Source: Parvibaculum sp. (lineage in GTDB: Bacteria; Pseudomonadota; Alphaproteobacteria; Parvibaculales; Parvibaculaceae). Taken from it: a stretch of DNA of 64,000 nucleotides. The notes beneath the pieces were generated by a model, which did not search any database, was not told the DNA's origin, and saw only the letters and a list, made by a program, of their open reading frames with translations. Positions 47,340 through 60,167 of the stretch are shown piece by piece. The translations under genes and the position numbers were made by a program. The stretch is from NCBI RefSeq assembly GCF_040882025.1, contig NZ_JBBECC010000152.1, positions 4,715-68,714 of the forward strand, written 5' to 3'. The stretch's first letter is position 1, and every line of letters starts with the position of its first letter.

Positions 47340-47906
47340 ATGAAAATTGTCGTTGAGAAAGACATCCACAAGCCCGTGGTCGAGCGACTGGTCGCCGATG
47401 CCTTCGGACCGGAGCGCTTCGCCAAGGCGGTCTATCGCCTGCGCGAAGGCGTGGAACATGACGCTTCGCTGGCCCTGGTCGCGCTTGATCGAGGTGACGT
47501 TGTCGGTACGCTGCGCTTCTGGCCGGTGGCGATTGCCGGTGCTGTGCCCGCTTTGCTGCTTGGGCCGCTGGTGACGGCTCCTGCCCGGCAAGGTGAGGGC
47601 ATAGGCGGCCGGTTGATGCGCGCCGGTCTCGATCGCGCGGCCGCGCAAGGCCATCGCATCGTGATGCTGGTCGGGGACGAGCCCTACTACCGGCGCTTCG
47701 GCTTTGTCCGCGCATTGGCGCGGCGGCTCGATCTGCCGGGTTGGGTCGACCCCGCCCGTTTTCTGGCTCGTGAACTCGTGGCTGGCTCGTTGACAGGCGT
47801 CTCGGGCATGGTCGGCAGACCGGTGCATATCGAATTTGGGTCGGGTCGCCCTGACGTTGCGGTAAATGCCCCCTTTGCCGCAGGGGGCGAAATCGGGCGC
47901 AACTGA
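47340..47906 (+). CDS. GNAT N-acetyltransferase (YhbS-like)
   Basis: AFGPERF, YRLREG, LLLGPL, QGEGIGGRLM, LVGDEPYYRRFGF. Confidence 0.9.
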   Translation: MKIVVEKDIHKPVVERLVADAFGPERFAKAVYRLREGVEHDASLALVALDRGDVVGTLRFWPVAIAGAVPALLLGPLVTAPARQGEGIGGRLMRAGLDRAAAQGHRIVMLVGDEPYYRRFGFVRALARRLDLPGWVDPARFLARELVAGSLTGVSGMVGRPVHIEFGSGRPDVAVNAPFAAGGEIGRN

Positions 47907-48048
47907 CCTTATATTGGTCTTGCGCTAGAGTGCGGAACCGTCCATTTACCGAATCAGGTTATCCCGGTCCCATGCGGTTTTGTCGGGCGCTGCCGCGCAA
48001 TTGTCCGCAAGCATGCCGCAGGAAACAGGCCGACGCCCAGGAGAGACA

Positions 48049-48681
48049 ATGAAAGACCCCATCGAAACCTATATGAACCTTGTGCCGATGGTGGTCGAGC
48101 AGACCAATCGCGGCGAGCGTGCCTATGACATCTTTTCGCGTCTGCTGAAGGAGCACATTATCTTCGTCGCCGGTCCGGTCGAAGACGGCATGGCGATGCT
48201 GGTGACCGCGCAGCTTCTTTTCCTCGAAGCCGAAAACCCCAAAAAAGAAATCTCGATGTACATCAATTCGCCGGGCGGCATCGTGACGTCCGGCCTGGCG
48301 ATCTACGACACGATGCAGCATGTCCGCCCGCCGATCTCGACAGTGTGCATGGGGCAGGCGGCGTCTATGGGATCGCTCTTGCTGGCAGCCGGCGAAAAGG
48401 GAATGCGGTTCGCACTTCCCAATGCGCGGATCATGGTTCATCAGCCGTCGGGCGGCTTTCAGGGGCAGGCGTCAGACATCGAAATCCATGCCCGCGAAAC
48501 GATCGCGATTCGCGAACGGCTCAATAACATATATGTGAAGCACACCGGGCAAAGCCTCAAGGCGGTCGAGGATGCGCTGGAGCGAGATAATTTTATGAGC
48601 CCTGAGCGCGCCCTGGAATTCGGCATCATCGATCATGTCGGTGTGGTGCGACCGTCACAGGATGACGCCAAAAAGGCTTGA
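48049..48681 (+). CDS. clpP: ATP-dependent Clp protease proteolytic subunit
   Basis: [24 protein letters not shown] (Ser), IMVHQP (His), ERDNFM. Confidence 0.98.
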   Translation: MKDPIETYMNLVPMVVEQTNRGERAYDIFSRLLKEHIIFVAGPVEDGMAMLVTAQLLFLEAENPKKEISMYINSPGGIVTSGLAIYDTMQHVRPPISTVCMGQAASMGSLLLAAGEKGMRFALPNARIMVHQPSGGFQGQASDIEIHARETIAIRERLNNIYVKHTGQSLKAVEDALERDNFMSPERALEFGIIDHVGVVRPSQDDAKKA

Positions 48682-49009
48682 AACGGAAGCTTTTCAGGTG
48701 AAGGCAGGCCGCTGCGCTAAGGCCGCTCCTGTCGAATCTAGCGGCAAATGCGCAGGATTCGGGCTCTCCGGAAGCTGCGCCGCCGCGACGGAAACGCCGT
48801 GTTGCGCCGTTATGGAGGGTAATGAAATGTTGATCCCTCAGCGAATAACATGCTCGTATGTCTGAAAGATGACCGGGAAAGCATCTGCAATTCGCGCTGT
48901 GACGTATAGCGACGGCAGGCCGCTTGATCGGGTGGTGGAAGGCGGGCACGGTTTGTGCTGGGGTAACGGAAGAAGCCCGTTCCGGCTAGCGGGTTACTAA
49001 GGAGTTTTT

Positions 49010-50275
49010 ATGAGCAAGGTGAGCGGCGGCGACTCCAAGAACACGCTCTACTGTTCCTTTTGCGGCAAGAGCCAGCACGAGGTCAGGAAGCTGATTGCGG
49101 GACCGACCGTCTTTATCTGCGACGAATGCGTCGAACTCTGCATGGACATCATCCGCGAGGAAAACAAAAGCTCGCTGGTGAAGTCGCGTGACGGGGTTCC
49201 CGCGCCGCAGGAAATCTGTTCCGTGCTGGATGACTACGTGATCGGGCAGCAGCATGCCAAGCGTGTTCTGTCGGTCGCGGTTCACAACCATTACAAGCGT
49301 CTCAACCACGCCGCGAAGAACAATGACGTCGAGCTCGCCAAGTCGAACATCCTGCTGATCGGCCCGACCGGCTGCGGCAAGACGTTGTTGGCCCAGACGC
49401 TCGCCCGCATTCTCGATGTGCCGTTCACGATGGCGGACGCGACGACGCTGACGGAAGCCGGCTATGTTGGCGAGGATGTTGAGAATATTATCCTGAAGCT
49501 GCTGCAGTCGGCCGACTACAATGTCGAGCGCGCGCAGCGTGGCATCGTCTATATCGACGAAGTCGACAAGATCAGCCGCAAATCCGACAACCCCTCGATC
49601 ACCCGCGACGTTTCGGGCGAGGGTGTTCAGCAGGCATTGCTGAAGATTATGGAAGGTACGGTTGCCTCGGTGCCGCCACAGGGTGGCCGCAAGCATCCGC
49701 AGCAGGAATTCCTGCAAGTCGACACGACCAACATCCTCTTTATTTGCGGCGGCGCTTTCGCCGGCCTCGAAAGGATCATTGGTCAGCGTGGCAAGGGCGC
49801 TGGCATCGGCTTCAGCGCCAAGGTCCAGTCGGTCGAAGACCGGCGTACCGGCGAGATTCTGAAGGACCTGGAGCCCGAGGACTTGCTGAAGTTTGGCCTG
49901 ATTCCCGAGTTCGTCGGCCGCATGCCGGTTCTGGCGACGCTGGAGGACCTTGACGAAGAGGCGCTCGTCACCATCCTGACCCAGCCGAAGAACGCGCTGG
50001 TCAAGCAGTATGAGCGTCTGTTCGAGATGGAGAATGTACGTCTGACCTTTTCCGAGGAGGCGTTGCGCTCCATCGCGCGCAAGGCGATCGACCGCAAGAC
50101 CGGTGCGCGCGGGTTGCGCTCCATCCTGGAATCAATTCTGCTCGATACGATGTTCGAACTGCCGACGCTCGAGGGCGTTGAGGAGGTCGTCATCAGCGGT
50201 GAAGTGGTCGAGGGCAAGGCGCGCCCGCTCTACATATATGCCGAACGGCAGGGCGACGTCGGCACGAGCGCCTGA
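49010..50275 (+). CDS. clpX: ATP-dependent Clp protease ATP-binding subunit
   Basis: Zn-binding CSFCGK...[20 protein letters not shown] loop, IGF loop. Confidence 0.99.
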   Translation: MSKVSGGDSKNTLYCSFCGKSQHEVRKLIAGPTVFICDECVELCMDIIREENKSSLVKSRDGVPAPQEICSVLDDYVIGQQHAKRVLSVAVHNHYKRLNHAAKNNDVELAKSNILLIGPTGCGKTLLAQTLARILDVPFTMADATTLTEAGYVGEDVENIILKLLQSADYNVERAQRGIVYIDEVDKISRKSDNPSITRDVSGEGVQQALLKIMEGTVASVPPQGGRKHPQQEFLQVDTTNILFICGGAFAGLERIIGQRGKGAGIGFSAKVQSVEDRRTGEILKDLEPEDLLKFGLIPEFVGRMPVLATLEDLDEEALVTILTQPKNALVKQYERLFEMENVRLTFSEEALRSIARKAIDRKTGARGLRSILESILLDTMFELPTLEGVEEVVISGEVVEGKARPLYIYAERQGDVGTSA

Positions 50276-50316
50276 AAGGGCTGAAAACCCGCAATTTGCA
50301 ACGATCGGCAAGTGGC

Positions 50317-50345
50317 CTTGAAAGCGTGGTCTTTCAGGGCCATTT
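50317..50345 (+). promoter_or_regulatory. Putative RpoH (sigma32) promoter of lon
   Basis: CTTGAA-N16-GCCATTT, upstream of a heat-shock protease gene. Confidence 0.45.
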
Positions 50346-50531
50346 TCTATCTAACCGACGGTCCCCGGTGCTGATGCAGGCCGAGGACCGTAACCGCCCG
50401 AAATCCGGGCGGCGCCCGCGAATCCCGCTATTCTGGCCGTCAGTCGGCCATCAGCATTCATTCAGAATCGGATGCTAGGCTGGAGCTTCGCTGCGGGCGG
50501 CAGTCGAGTCAGGTAAAGGCAGGTAGTTGAT

Positions 50532-52985
50532 ATGACCGAGAAAGAGAAGCGCAATCAGAATACGACGGCAGGCGCCAGTGGCGATGCCCTTGTGTTGCCG
50601 GTGCTGCCGTTGCGCGACATTGTCGTTTTCCCCCACATGATCGTGCCGCTCTTTGTCGGACGTGAAAAGTCTGTGCGGGCGCTCGAAAATGTCATGCAGG
50701 ACGACAAGCAGATTTTGCTGGTCGCCCAGAAGAACGCCGCCGACGACAATCCGAATACGGACGATATCTACGAGATCGGCGCCATCGGCACCGTTCTGCA
50801 GCTTCTGAAGCTGCCTGACAACACTGTCAAGGTGCTGGTCGAGGGTGTGCGCCGCGCGCGCGTCAAGCGCTACATCGACAACCCCGAATTCTTCGAAGCC
50901 GAGGTCGAAGCGATCGAAGAGAACGAGGCTGACGGCGATCAGATCGAAGGACTGGCGCGCTCGGTGGTCTCGCAGTTCGAAGGCTATGTGAAGCTCAACA
51001 AGAAGGTTCCGCCGGAAGTTCTGGGTTCGATTGGACAGATCGAGGATCCGGCGAAGCTGGCGGACACGGTCGCGAGCCACATCAACATCAAGATTCCCGA
51101 AAAGCAGGAACTTCTCGAGATGTCGTCGGTCGCCGGCCGGCTGGAGCGCGTCTACTCGCTGATGGAAGGCGAAATCGGCGTGCTGCAGGTCGAAAAGCGC
51201 ATCCGCAGCCGCGTCAAGCGCCAGATGGAGAAAACACAGCGCGAGTACTATCTGAACGAGCAGATGAAGGCCATTCAGAAGGAGCTCGGCGACGGCGACG
51301 ATGGGCGTGAGGAAATTCGCGAGCTCGAAGAACGCATTCAGAAGGTCAAGCTCTCCAAGGAAGCACGCGAAAAGGCGGTAGCCGAGCTGAAGAAGCTCAA
51401 GCAGATGAGCCCCATGTCGGCTGAAGCGACCGTCGTGCGCAATTATCTCGACTGGCTACTCTCCGTGCCGTGGAAGCAGAAGAGCCGCGTCAAAAAAGAT
51501 CTGGCGAACGCGCAGGAGATACTCGATGCCGATCATTACGGCCTCGACAAGGTCAAGGAGCGTATCGTCGAATATCTGGCGGTCCAGAACCGCGCCAACA
51601 AGCTGAAGGGGCCGATCCTCTGCCTCGTCGGCCCGCCCGGTGTCGGCAAGACCTCGCTCGGCAAGTCGATCGCTCGCGCGACAGGGCGCGATTTTGTGCG
51701 CATGTCGCTGGGCGGTGTGCGCGACGAAGCCGAAATCCGTGGTCACCGCCGCACCTACATAGGCTCGATGCCCGGCAAGGTTATCCAGTCGATGAAGAAG
51801 GTGAAGCACACAAATCCGCTCTTCCTGCTCGACGAGATCGACAAGATGGGCTCGGATTTCCGGGGCGATCCATCGTCGGCGCTGCTCGAGGTTCTCGATC
51901 CCGAGCAGAACAATTCGTTCTCCGACCACTATCTGGAGGTCGACTACGATCTCTCGGACGTCATGTTCGTGACGACGGCGAACACGCTCAACATCCCTGA
52001 ACCGCTGATGGACCGGATGGAGATCATCCGTATCGCCGGCTACACCGAGGATGAGAAGGTCGAGATTGCACGCCGCCATCTGATCCAGAAGGCGGTCGAC
52101 GGTCACGGCTTGCGCAAGGGCGAGTGGTCGATCGACGATGAAGCGCTGCGGCAGTTGATTCGCGTTTACACGCGCGAGGCGGGCGTCCGGAACCTGGAGC
52201 GCGAGCTGAACAATCTGGCTCGCAAGGCGGTCAAACGCATTCTGACCGAACCGGAAACCAAGTCGATCAAGCTGACGATGGAAAACATCGCCGACTTTGC
52301 CGGCGTGCCGAAATATCGCTTCGGCGAGGCGGAAGGCGAGGATCAGGTCGGCATCGTGACCGGTCTGGCCTGGACCGAGGTCGGCGGCGAACTGTTGACC
52401 ATCGAAGGTGTAATGATGCCCGGCAAGGGCCGCATGACGGTCACGGGCAACCTGCGCGATGTAATGAAGGAGTCGATCTCGGCGGCGAGTTCCTATGTCC
52501 GTTCGCGGGCGACTCGCTTCGGCATCGAACCGCCACTCTTCGACCGCCGTGACATCCATGTCCACGTGCCGGAGGGTGCCACGCCGAAGGACGGTCCGTC
52601 CGCCGGCGTCGCCATGACGGCCGCTATCGTGTCGGTTATGACCGGCATTCCTGTCCGCAAGGACGTGGCAATGACAGGTGAGATGACGCTCCGCGGCCGG
52701 GTGCTGCCCATCGGCGGTCTCAAGGAGAAGCTCCTTGCGGCGCTCCGTGGCGGCATCAAGAAGGTGCTGATCCCACAGGACAACGCCAAGGATCTCGCCG
52801 AGATCCCGGACAATGTGAAGAGCGGTCTGGAGATCGTACCGGTCAACACCATCGACGATGCGCTAAGGCACGCGCTGACGCGCATGCCCGATCCCATCGA
52901 ATGGGACGAGGACGCCTGGCAGGCTGAGCAGGCCGCCGCCGGACGCAACCGACCGGAGACAATCGAACCGGTTATGGCACATTAA
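50532..52985 (+). CDS. lon: Lon protease
   Basis: [33 protein letters not shown] (Ser), IGGLKEK (Lys). Confidence 0.99.
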   Translation: MTEKEKRNQNTTAGASGDALVLPVLPLRDIVVFPHMIVPLFVGREKSVRALENVMQDDKQILLVAQKNAADDNPNTDDIYEIGAIGTVLQLLKLPDNTVKVLVEGVRRARVKRYIDNPEFFEAEVEAIEENEADGDQIEGLARSVVSQFEGYVKLNKKVPPEVLGSIGQIEDPAKLADTVASHINIKIPEKQELLEMSSVAGRLERVYSLMEGEIGVLQVEKRIRSRVKRQMEKTQREYYLNEQMKAIQKELGDGDDGREEIRELEERIQKVKLSKEAREKAVAELKKLKQMSPMSAEATVVRNYLDWLLSVPWKQKSRVKKDLANAQEILDADHYGLDKVKERIVEYLAVQNRANKLKGPILCLVGPPGVGKTSLGKSIARATGRDFVRMSLGGVRDEAEIRGHRRTYIGSMPGKVIQSMKKVKHTNPLFLLDEIDKMGSDFRGDPSSALLEVLDPEQNNSFSDHYLEVDYDLSDVMFVTTANTLNIPEPLMDRMEIIRIAGYTEDEKVEIARRHLIQKAVDGHGLRKGEWSIDDEALRQLIRVYTREAGVRNLERELNNLARKAVKRILTEPETKSIKLTMENIADFAGVPKYRFGEAEGEDQVGIVTGLAWTEVGGELLTIEGVMMPGKGRMTVTGNLRDVMKESISAASSYVRSRATRFGIEPPLFDRRDIHVHVPEGATPKDGPSAGVAMTAAIVSVMTGIPVRKDVAMTGEMTLRGRVLPIGGLKEKLLAALRGGIKKVLIPQDNAKDLAEIPDNVKSGLEIVPVNTIDDALRHALTRMPDPIEWDEDAWQAEQAAAGRNRPETIEPVMAH

Positions 52986-53020
52986 TATCGTCGAATACCG
53001 ATTATGGTGCGGCAAGAAGC

Positions 53021-53048
53021 GAAACGGGAGCCTCATGGCTCCCGTTTC
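53021..53048 (+). terminator. Rho-independent terminator of lon
   Basis: GAAACGGGAGCC-TCAT-GGCTCCCGTTTC followed by TGCTTT. Confidence 0.75.
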
Positions 53049-53178
53049 TGCTTTGGGCATCTCGAATTTTCCGCAGAAATCCTTTGTTTTTACTTTGACC
53101 CCCTTCTTGGCAGACGAGTAGACTCTTAACGCTTGAGGGAATCCCGATTCCCCGCCATCGCATCAGAAGGGGCCCGAC

Positions 53179-53454
53179 GTGAACAAGAACGATCTCATTG
53201 CAGAAGTGGCGGACCGGACCGGTCTATCCAAGGCCGATGCGACCAAATCCGTCGACTATGTGTTCGACATCATCACGGACTCGCTGAAAAAGGGCGAAGA
53301 GGTCCGACTGGTCGGCTTCGGCACGTTCAACGTGTCGAACCGGGCAGCTACCGAGGGCCGCAACCCGCGTACCGGCGAGACGATTCAGATCCCGGCCTCG
53401 AAGCAGCCGAAGTTCAAGGCCGGCAAGGGTCTCAAGGACGCTGTGAACAGCTGA
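53179..53454 (+). CDS. hupB: DNA-binding protein HU
   Basis: MNKNDLI, LVGFGTF, GRNPRTGE, PKFKAGK. Confidence 0.97.
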   Translation: MNKNDLIAEVADRTGLSKADATKSVDYVFDIITDSLKKGEEVRLVGFGTFNVSNRAATEGRNPRTGETIQIPASKQPKFKAGKGLKDAVNS

Positions 53455-53476
53455 GCTGAGAAAAACCACGAGTTTG

Positions 53477-53514
53477 AGGGCCGGCCGCATCGAGAAGCGC
53501 GCCGGCCTTTTTAT
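53477..53514 (+). terminator. Probable terminator after hupB
   Basis: Imperfect stem GGCCGGC...GCCGGCC followed by TTTTTATTT. Confidence 0.55.
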
Positions 53515-54914
53515 TTGAAGGCCTCCGATCCTGCCGCCGGTTCCGGCGTTGTTTCGTCAGCTCCATCGCCTGTCGGCTCTTCGTCAGCGGCGCGCGGATC
53601 GAGCTCGGTTGGCAGCGGATGAACTTGCGGGAATGGAACGGCGACGAAGTCTGCCCGTTGTTCCTCCGGCAACGCCGGTGTCGAGATGATGCGATGAACC
53701 GTATAGATGGCAAAGAGGAGGTGAACCAGCGCCGGGAAAACGAAGACCGACGAAATACCGAAGCTGCCAACGCCAATCGACGCGGCCGTCGGGCCCACGA
53801 TTGCGCCGAGAGAATAGACGACCAGCAACCCCCCAGAGACAGACACAAAGCTCTCACTCTGACCGTGATCGTTCATATGCGCCACGCAGACCGAATAAAG
53901 CGTCAGCGCGAAGACGCCGAACAGGACGCCGGCAAGCATGATGGCGGCCACGCTGCCGCTGATGCCGGCGACAACGAGCGCCGTTTCTCCCAGCGCCGAG
54001 CCGAGGCAGAGCCCGACGATGACGCGCCGTCGGTCCATTCGGTCCGAAATGCGGCCGATCGGCCATTGCGCAGTCGCCCCTCCCGTAATCGCCGCAAGCA
54101 TGAAAGCTGCGATTCCACCTTCGCCAAGGCCGCTTTCCATCGCGTAGAGCGGTGCCAGCGTCCAGAACGGTGCGTTGGTCAAACCCACCACAAATGAGCC
54201 CACCAGTCCGACAGGCGAGAGCGCATAAAGATTCCGGATATTGATACGCGTGCTCTGGATGGGCATGGGCTGGACGGAACTCGTCATCGCGACGGGCACC
54301 AGAGCCAGGGACGTCAGGATCGAACAAATGGCAAAGAGGATGAAGCCGGTCGAGTCGGCGGCGTTGAGCATCAATTGCCCGCCGGCAAGTGCCGTCAGAT
54401 TGACCGCGAGATATATGGCGAAGATTCGCCCGCGCGTGTCGTTGGCGGATTGCTCGTTGAGCCAGCTCTCAATCACCATATAGAGGCCGGCAAAGCAGAA
54501 TCCCGTCAACACCCGCATCAACGCCCAGATGGCAGGATCCGCGGACATGGCGTGAACAAGCGGCGCTGCGGCTGCGAGTCCGCAAAACGTGGCAAAACTG
54601 CGGATGTGACCCGCCCGGTGCACGATATGCGGTGTCGCGAAACAGCCCCCCAGAAATCCGGCGAAATAGAAGCTGCCGATGACGCCGACGGTTATGGTTG
54701 CAAAACCTTCGTGCCCGGCGCGAATGGGGATTAGCGTACCTAGAAGCCCGTTGCCGACCAGCAGGATTGCCGTGGCCATCAGCAACGAAAGGACGGGGGC
54801 GAGCGTACGAGTCAAACGGGGCACCCGGTCTGTCGATGAGCCAAAAGGCGGAGAATCAAGATCGGGCGTTTGGGCGGCCATTGCAATGGCCACGATTGCA
54901 TTGCCGGCGGGCAT
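53511..54914 (-). CDS. MFS transporter (YcaD-like)
   Basis: About 12 TM helices; GHIRSFA, ESWLNE, QWPIGRISDRMDRR. True start probably downstream of 54914. Confidence 0.88.
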   Translation of the reverse strand: MPAGNAIVAIAMAAQTPDLDSPPFGSSTDRVPRLTRTLAPVLSLLMATAILLVGNGLLGTLIPIRAGHEGFATITVGVIGSFYFAGFLGGCFATPHIVHRAGHIRSFATFCGLAAAAPLVHAMSADPAIWALMRVLTGFCFAGLYMVIESWLNEQSANDTRGRIFAIYLAVNLTALAGGQLMLNAADSTGFILFAICSILTSLALVPVAMTSSVQPMPIQSTRINIRNLYALSPVGLVGSFVVGLTNAPFWTLAPLYAMESGLGEGGIAAFMLAAITGGATAQWPIGRISDRMDRRRVIVGLCLGSALGETALVVAGISGSVAAIMLAGVLFGVFALTLYSVCVAHMNDHGQSESFVSVSGGLLVVYSLGAIVGPTAASIGVGSFGISSVFVFPALVHLLFAIYTVHRIISTPALPEEQRADFVAVPFPQVHPLPTELDPRAADEEPTGDGADETTPEPAAGSEAFK

Positions 54915-54962
54915 TCGTTAGGAGTTGCGGAATTGCCCGACGAGGTGCTTTGGCGCGGGCAG

Positions 54963-55038
54963 GGGCGGTTAGCTCAGTTGGTAGAGCATCTCGTTTACAC
55001 CGAGAGGGTCGGCGGTTCGAGCCCGTCACCGCCCACCA
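54963..55038 (+). tRNA. tRNA-Val (anticodon TAC)
   Basis: 76-nt cloverleaf with anticodon loop TTTACAC, GTTCGAG T-loop and encoded CCA. Confidence 0.97.
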
Positions 55039-55142
55039 TGCAAGTCTGGCCTCGCAGCGCGCCATCGGGGGCGATGCGCCTTGACAGGGAGGGGGGCTTG
55101 GCTTACGAGACGCCCACCTTTCAGGCGGTTTCTTTGCCATGT

Positions 55143-55219
<77 letters not shown>

Positions 55220-55498
55220 CTATTTCCGATTCATCGAACCTCCGTGACAGCTGTGAAGGCGCTCGGACGGGCGCAACGTTCCTTGCGCGCAGACTGGTGC
55301 AACGGCCGGAAATTCAAGGGTTTTTGCGCCGACAAATCGTCAGCCAGCCTTTTATTTCGCGTATGCGGGAGTTATACTGCGCACCGAATTGGGCAGCCCG
55401 ATTATGGATGATCAGATCGTCCCGTCACGCGCCCGCGTGGCGCGAAGGCTTGCCCGGCCGAGTCCCGAAAGGTGTCGGCTCATGTTGGGAACAATTCG

Positions 55499-55864
55499 AT
55501 GGAAGACCTGCTTCTCGAGTACCTGCCCATATTGATCTTTATGGGATTGTCGCTCGTGGTGGGTCTTGCGCTGCTTGTCGCGCCGTTTCTTGTGGCGCCC
55601 AGCAAACCGGATCCTGAAAAGCTCGCTGCATATGAATGCGGCTTCGACGCCTTCGATGACGCAAGAATGAAGTTTGATGTGAAGTACTACTTGGTTGCCA
55701 TCCTCTTCATCATCTTCGACCTTGAAGTAGCCTTTCTGTTCCCCTGGGCGGTGGCGCTGGGCGATGTCGGACTTTTCGGCTTCTGGTCGATGATCGTTTT
55801 CCTGGGCGTTCTGACGGTGGGTTTCACCTATGAGTGGAAGAAGGGTGCCCTGGAATGGGAGTGA
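55499..55864 (+). CDS. nuoA: NADH-quinone oxidoreductase subunit A
   Basis: [30 protein letters not shown]. Confidence 0.97.
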   Translation: MEDLLLEYLPILIFMGLSLVVGLALLVAPFLVAPSKPDPEKLAAYECGFDAFDDARMKFDVKYYLVAILFIIFDLEVAFLFPWAVALGDVGLFGFWSMIVFLGVLTVGFTYEWKKGALEWE

Positions 55865-56415
55865 TGCACACAGGCGGTGCGGTTGCATCGGCGGGCGACA
55901 GGATCGCCGGCAGCGGGCAGGATGACGCGTTCTTCAGACAGGCGTCAGATGCGCTGGCCGACAAGGGCTTTGTGCTGACCACGGTCGATGATCTGGTTAA
56001 CTGGTCGCGAACCGGCTCGCTGATGTGGATGACTTTCGGTCTCGCCTGCTGCGCCGTCGAAATGATGCAAACCTCGATGCCGCGCTACGACGCGGAGCGA
56101 TTCGGCGTTGCGCCTCGCGCCAGCCCGCGCCAGTCCGACGTGATGATCGTGGCCGGAACGCTGACCAACAAAATGGCCCCGGCGCTTCGCAAGGTTTACG
56201 ATCAGATGCCCGAGCCGCGCTATGTGATCTCGATGGGGTCCTGTGCAAATGGCGGCGGCTACTATCACTATTCCTACTCCGTGGTGCGCGGCTGCGACCG
56301 GATCGTGCCGGTTGATATCTACGTGCCCGGATGCCCTCCCACCGCCGAGGCGCTACTCTACGGCATCCTCGCCCTTCAAAAGAAAATTCGCCGGACGGGC
56401 ACGCTCGACCGCTGA
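55855..56415 (+). CDS. nuoB: NADH-quinone oxidoreductase subunit B
   Basis: [31 protein letters not shown]. Confidence 0.97.
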   Translation: MGVMHTGGAVASAGDRIAGSGQDDAFFRQASDALADKGFVLTTVDDLVNWSRTGSLMWMTFGLACCAVEMMQTSMPRYDAERFGVAPRASPRQSDVMIVAGTLTNKMAPALRKVYDQMPEPRYVISMGSCANGGGYYHYSYSVVRGCDRIVPVDIYVPGCPPTAEALLYGILALQKKIRRTGTLDR

Positions 56416-56466
56416 ATTCACCGAGCGGCAGAGAGTATCTTCCTCGCCGGAAGCGAAAACCTGCCC

Positions 56467-57090
56467 ATGAGTTTCGAGACCGCATCGATGGACGAAAGTC
56501 TCACAGAACTGGGCGAGCACATTCTCGGCGGCGTCGAGGATTCAATGCTGGGTTTCAGCGTTACCTATGGCGAATTGACGATCCGGGCGCAGGCCCGTGC
56601 GATCGCACAGGTGCTGAAATTTCTTCGTGACGATCCGGCATGCAATTTCGCCACCCTGATCGATATCACAGCCGTAGACTATCCCCAGCGTGCGCAGCGT
56701 TTCGATGTCGTCTACCACCTTCTGTCGATGCACCAGAATCAACGTGTTCGCGTCACGATCGAAACCGACGATGAAACGCCCGTGCCCAGCGTGGTCGGCG
56801 TATATCCGGCAGCAAACTGGTATGAGCGCGAAACCTTCGACATGTACGGCGTGCTCTTCAGCGATCACCCGGACTTGCGGCGCATTCTTACCGACTACGG
56901 ATTCAACGGCTACCCGCTACGCAAGGACTTCCCGCTCACGGGGTACGTTGAGGTTCGTTACGATGACGATGAAAAAAGGGTCGTCTATGAACCCGTAAAG
57001 CTGGTGCAGGAGTTTCGTAGCTTCGATTTCGCCAGCCCGTGGGAAGGCGTCGAATATCTGTTGCCGGGCGATGAGAAGGCGGAGAACTAG
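56467..57090 (+). CDS. nuoC: NADH-quinone oxidoreductase subunit C
   Basis: [30 protein letters not shown]. Confidence 0.97.
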   Translation: MSFETASMDESLTELGEHILGGVEDSMLGFSVTYGELTIRAQARAIAQVLKFLRDDPACNFATLIDITAVDYPQRAQRFDVVYHLLSMHQNQRVRVTIETDDETPVPSVVGVYPAANWYERETFDMYGVLFSDHPDLRRILTDYGFNGYPLRKDFPLTGYVEVRYDDDEKRVVYEPVKLVQEFRSFDFASPWEGVEYLLPGDEKAEN

Positions 57091-57093
57091 GTC

Positions 57094-58272
57094 ATGGCCG
57101 AACAGGAGCTCCGTAACTATCATCTGAATTTCGGACCGCAGCATCCGGCCGCGCACGGCGTGCTGCGCCTTGTGCTGGAACTCGACGGTGAAGTCGTAGA
57201 GCGGGTCGATCCGCATATCGGGCTTCTGCATCGCGGCACAGAAAAACTGATTGAATACAAGACCTACCTTCAGGCAACCCCGTATTTCGACCGCCTCGAC
57301 TATGTCGCGCCGATGAACCAGGAGCACGCCTTCGTGCTGGCCGCTGAAAAGCTGCTAGGCCTCGAAGTACCGCGCCGCGCGCAATTTATTCGTGTTCTCT
57401 ATTCGGAAATCGGCCGCATCCTCGCGCACCTGCTCAATGTGACAACGCAGGCGTTGGACGTCGGCGCGCTGACGCCGCCGCTCTGGGGCTTCGAAGAGCG
57501 CGAAAAGCTGATGATCTTCTATGAGCGCGCGTCCGGTGCCCGTATGCATGCCAACTACTTTCGCGTCGGCGGTGTGCATCGCGATCTGCCGCCGAAGCTG
57601 CTTGAGGACATCTACAATTTTTGCGATCCCTGCGCTCGGGTTCTCGACGACCTCGAAAGCCTGCTCACCGGCAACCGCATCTTCAAGCAGCGTAACGTCG
57701 ACATAGGCGTCGTGACGCAGGAAGAGGCGCTCGAATGGGGCTTCTCGGGCGTCATGGTGCGTGGTTCCGGCATGGCCTGGGACCTGCGCCGTTCGCAGCC
57801 TTACGAAATCTATTCCGAGCTCGACTTCGATATCCCGGTCGGCAAGAACGGCGACTGCTTCGATCGCTATCTGATCCGCATGGATGAAATGCGCCAGTCG
57901 CTGCGCATCATGAAACAATGCATCGAGATGATGCCCGGCGGTCCGGTACACGCACATGACGGCAAGGTCGTGCCACCGTCGCGCGCCGAGATGAAGCGCT
58001 CCATGGAAGCACTCATCCATCATTTCAAGCTCTATACCGAGGGCTACCGCGTGCCCGAGGGCGAGGTCTATGCGGCCGTCGAGGCGCCGAAGGGCGAATT
58101 CGGGGTCTATCTCGTCTCCGACGGCGGCAACAAGCCCTACAAGTGCAAGATTCGCGCGCCGGGTTATGCCCATCTGCAGGCAATGGATCATCTGTGCAAG
58201 GGCCATATGCTGGCGGACGTCGCCGCTATTCTCGGCTCGATCGATATCGTGTTCGGAGAGGTGGATCGGTGA
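57094..58272 (+). CDS. nuoD: NADH-quinone oxidoreductase subunit D
   Basis: [38 protein letters not shown]. Confidence 0.98.
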   Translation: MAEQELRNYHLNFGPQHPAAHGVLRLVLELDGEVVERVDPHIGLLHRGTEKLIEYKTYLQATPYFDRLDYVAPMNQEHAFVLAAEKLLGLEVPRRAQFIRVLYSEIGRILAHLLNVTTQALDVGALTPPLWGFEEREKLMIFYERASGARMHANYFRVGGVHRDLPPKLLEDIYNFCDPCARVLDDLESLLTGNRIFKQRNVDIGVVTQEEALEWGFSGVMVRGSGMAWDLRRSQPYEIYSELDFDIPVGKNGDCFDRYLIRMDEMRQSLRIMKQCIEMMPGGPVHAHDGKVVPPSRAEMKRSMEALIHHFKLYTEGYRVPEGEVYAAVEAPKGEFGVYLVSDGGNKPYKCKIRAPGYAHLQAMDHLCKGHMLADVAAILGSIDIVFGEVDR

Positions 58273-58874
58273 GCGTTCGCAGACTAGACCCCAACCAGCC
58301 GGCGAGTTTCGCTTTCACGCCGGAAAATATTGAATGGGCCAAAGGACAGATCGCGAAATATCCCGAAGGTAAGCAGGCCTCGGCGATCATTCCGCTGTTC
58401 TGGCGCGCGCAAGAACAGCATGGCGGCTGGCTGCCCGAGCCGGCGATCCGCTACGTTGCCGACATGCTCGGCATAGATTACATCCGCGCACTGGAAGTCG
58501 CGACCTTTTACACGATGTTCAATCTCTCGCCGGTCGGCGAGTACTATGTGCAGCTCTGTGGCACGACGCCCTGCTGGCTGCGCGGCGCCGACGAACTGAA
58601 GGATGTCTGCCGCAAGCATATCGGTCCCGAGGGCGCGGTCAGCGCCGACGGCAAACTCTCCTGGCTCGAAGTCGAATGTCTCGGCGCTTGCGTCAATGCG
58701 CCGATGGTTCAGATCAATGCCGACTTCTATGAAGATCTCGATGCAGCGGCGTTGGAGCGCATCCTGGCCGATTTGCGCGCAGGCAAGGACGTGAAGCCCG
58801 GCCCGCAGAGTGTTCGGCATTCGTCCGAACCCTTGGGCGGATTGACGAGCCTGACATCGGGTGGGGGTGAGTGA
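58269..58874 (+). CDS. nuoE: NADH-quinone oxidoreductase subunit E
   Basis: [24 protein letters not shown]; GTGA overlap with nuoD. Confidence 0.96.
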   Translation: MSVRRLDPNQPASFAFTPENIEWAKGQIAKYPEGKQASAIIPLFWRAQEQHGGWLPEPAIRYVADMLGIDYIRALEVATFYTMFNLSPVGEYYVQLCGTTPCWLRGADELKDVCRKHIGPEGAVSADGKLSWLEVECLGACVNAPMVQINADFYEDLDAAALERILADLRAGKDVKPGPQSVRHSSEPLGGLTSLTSGGGE

Positions 58875-60163
58875 TGCTCGACGACAAGGACCGCATTTTC
58901 ACCAATCTCTACGGCCATCACGACTGGCGGCTCGCCGGCGCCCGGGCGCGCGGCGACTGGGACGGCACGGCGGAAATCATCGCGAAGGGACGCGACTGGA
59001 TTCTCGACGAGATGAAGAAATCGGGCCTGCGCGGCCGTGGCGGTGCTGGCTTCCCGACTGGTCTTAAATGGTCCTTCATGCCGAAGGAGTCCGACGGCCG
59101 CCCGCATTACCTTGTCGTCAACGCCGATGAATCCGAACCCGGCACCTGCAAGGACCGCGACATCCTGCGTCACGATCCGCAAAAGCTGATCGAGGGCTGC
59201 CTCATCGCCAGCTTCGCGATGGGCGCGCATGCTTGTTACATCTATGTGCGCGGCGAATTCATTCGCGAGCGCGAGCAGCTTCAGGCCGCGATCGACGAAG
59301 CCTATGAAGCGGGTCTCGTCGGCAGGAATGCCGCGGGCTCCGGCTGGGATTTCGACATCTATGTTCATCACGGCGCTGGCGCCTATATCTGCGGCGAGGA
59401 AACCGCGCTGCTCGAAAGCCTCGAAGGCAAGAAGGGCATGCCGCGCCTGAAGCCGCCGTTCCCGGCCAATGTCGGTCTCTATGGCGCGCCGACCACGGTC
59501 AACAACGTCGAGTCGATTGCCGTCGCACCGACCATCCTGCGCCGTGGCGCCACATGGTTCGCGAGCCTCGGCCGTCCCAATAACACTGGCACAAAACTCT
59601 TCTGCATCTCGGGTCACGTAAACAACCCCTGCAATGTCGAAGAGGAAATGGGCATCCCGCTTAAGGAACTGCTCGAGAAGCATGCGGGCGGCGTGCGCGG
59701 CGGCTGGGACAATCTGCTGGCGGTCATTCCCGGCGGTTCGTCGGTACCGCTCATCCCGAAGTCGGTCTGCGACGACATTCTGATGGATTTCGACTCGCTG
59801 AAGGCGGTGCAGACGGGTCTCGGGACGGCGGCCGTCATCGTCATGGACAAGTCGACCGACGTCATCAAGGCGATCGCGCGCCTTTCGGCCTTCTACAAGC
59901 ATGAGAGCTGCGGCCAGTGTACGCCCTGCCGCGAAGGCACCGGCTGGATGTGGCGGGTGATGGAGAGGCTGGTTTCGGGTGAAGCCGAGGTTGAGGAGAT
60001 CGATATGCTGCTCGACGTTTCGAAGCGGGTCGAAGGCCACACCATTTGCGCGCTCGGCGACGCGGCGGCCTGGCCGGTCCAGGGCCTGATCCGTCATTTC
60101 CGGGGCACCATCGAAGAGCGCATCGCGGCAAGACGCGGCGTTGCGCAGGCGGCGGCGGAGTAA
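58874..60163 (+). CDS. nuoF: NADH-quinone oxidoreductase subunit F
   Basis: [43 protein letters not shown]. Confidence 0.98.
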   Translation: MLDDKDRIFTNLYGHHDWRLAGARARGDWDGTAEIIAKGRDWILDEMKKSGLRGRGGAGFPTGLKWSFMPKESDGRPHYLVVNADESEPGTCKDRDILRHDPQKLIEGCLIASFAMGAHACYIYVRGEFIREREQLQAAIDEAYEAGLVGRNAAGSGWDFDIYVHHGAGAYICGEETALLESLEGKKGMPRLKPPFPANVGLYGAPTTVNNVESIAVAPTILRRGATWFASLGRPNNTGTKLFCISGHVNNPCNVEEEMGIPLKELLEKHAGGVRGGWDNLLAVIPGGSSVPLIPKSVCDDILMDFDSLKAVQTGLGTAAVIVMDKSTDVIKAIARLSAFYKHESCGQCTPCREGTGWMWRVMERLVSGEAEVEEIDMLLDVSKRVEGHTICALGDAAAWPVQGLIRHFRGTIEERIAARRGVAQAAAE

Positions 60164-60167
60164 GGGC

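Noticed and set aside
48870-49001. 43-codon ORF between clpP and clpX ending at the clpX SD
   Set aside because: Atypical codon usage and no recognisable motif; more likely the clpX promoter/leader.
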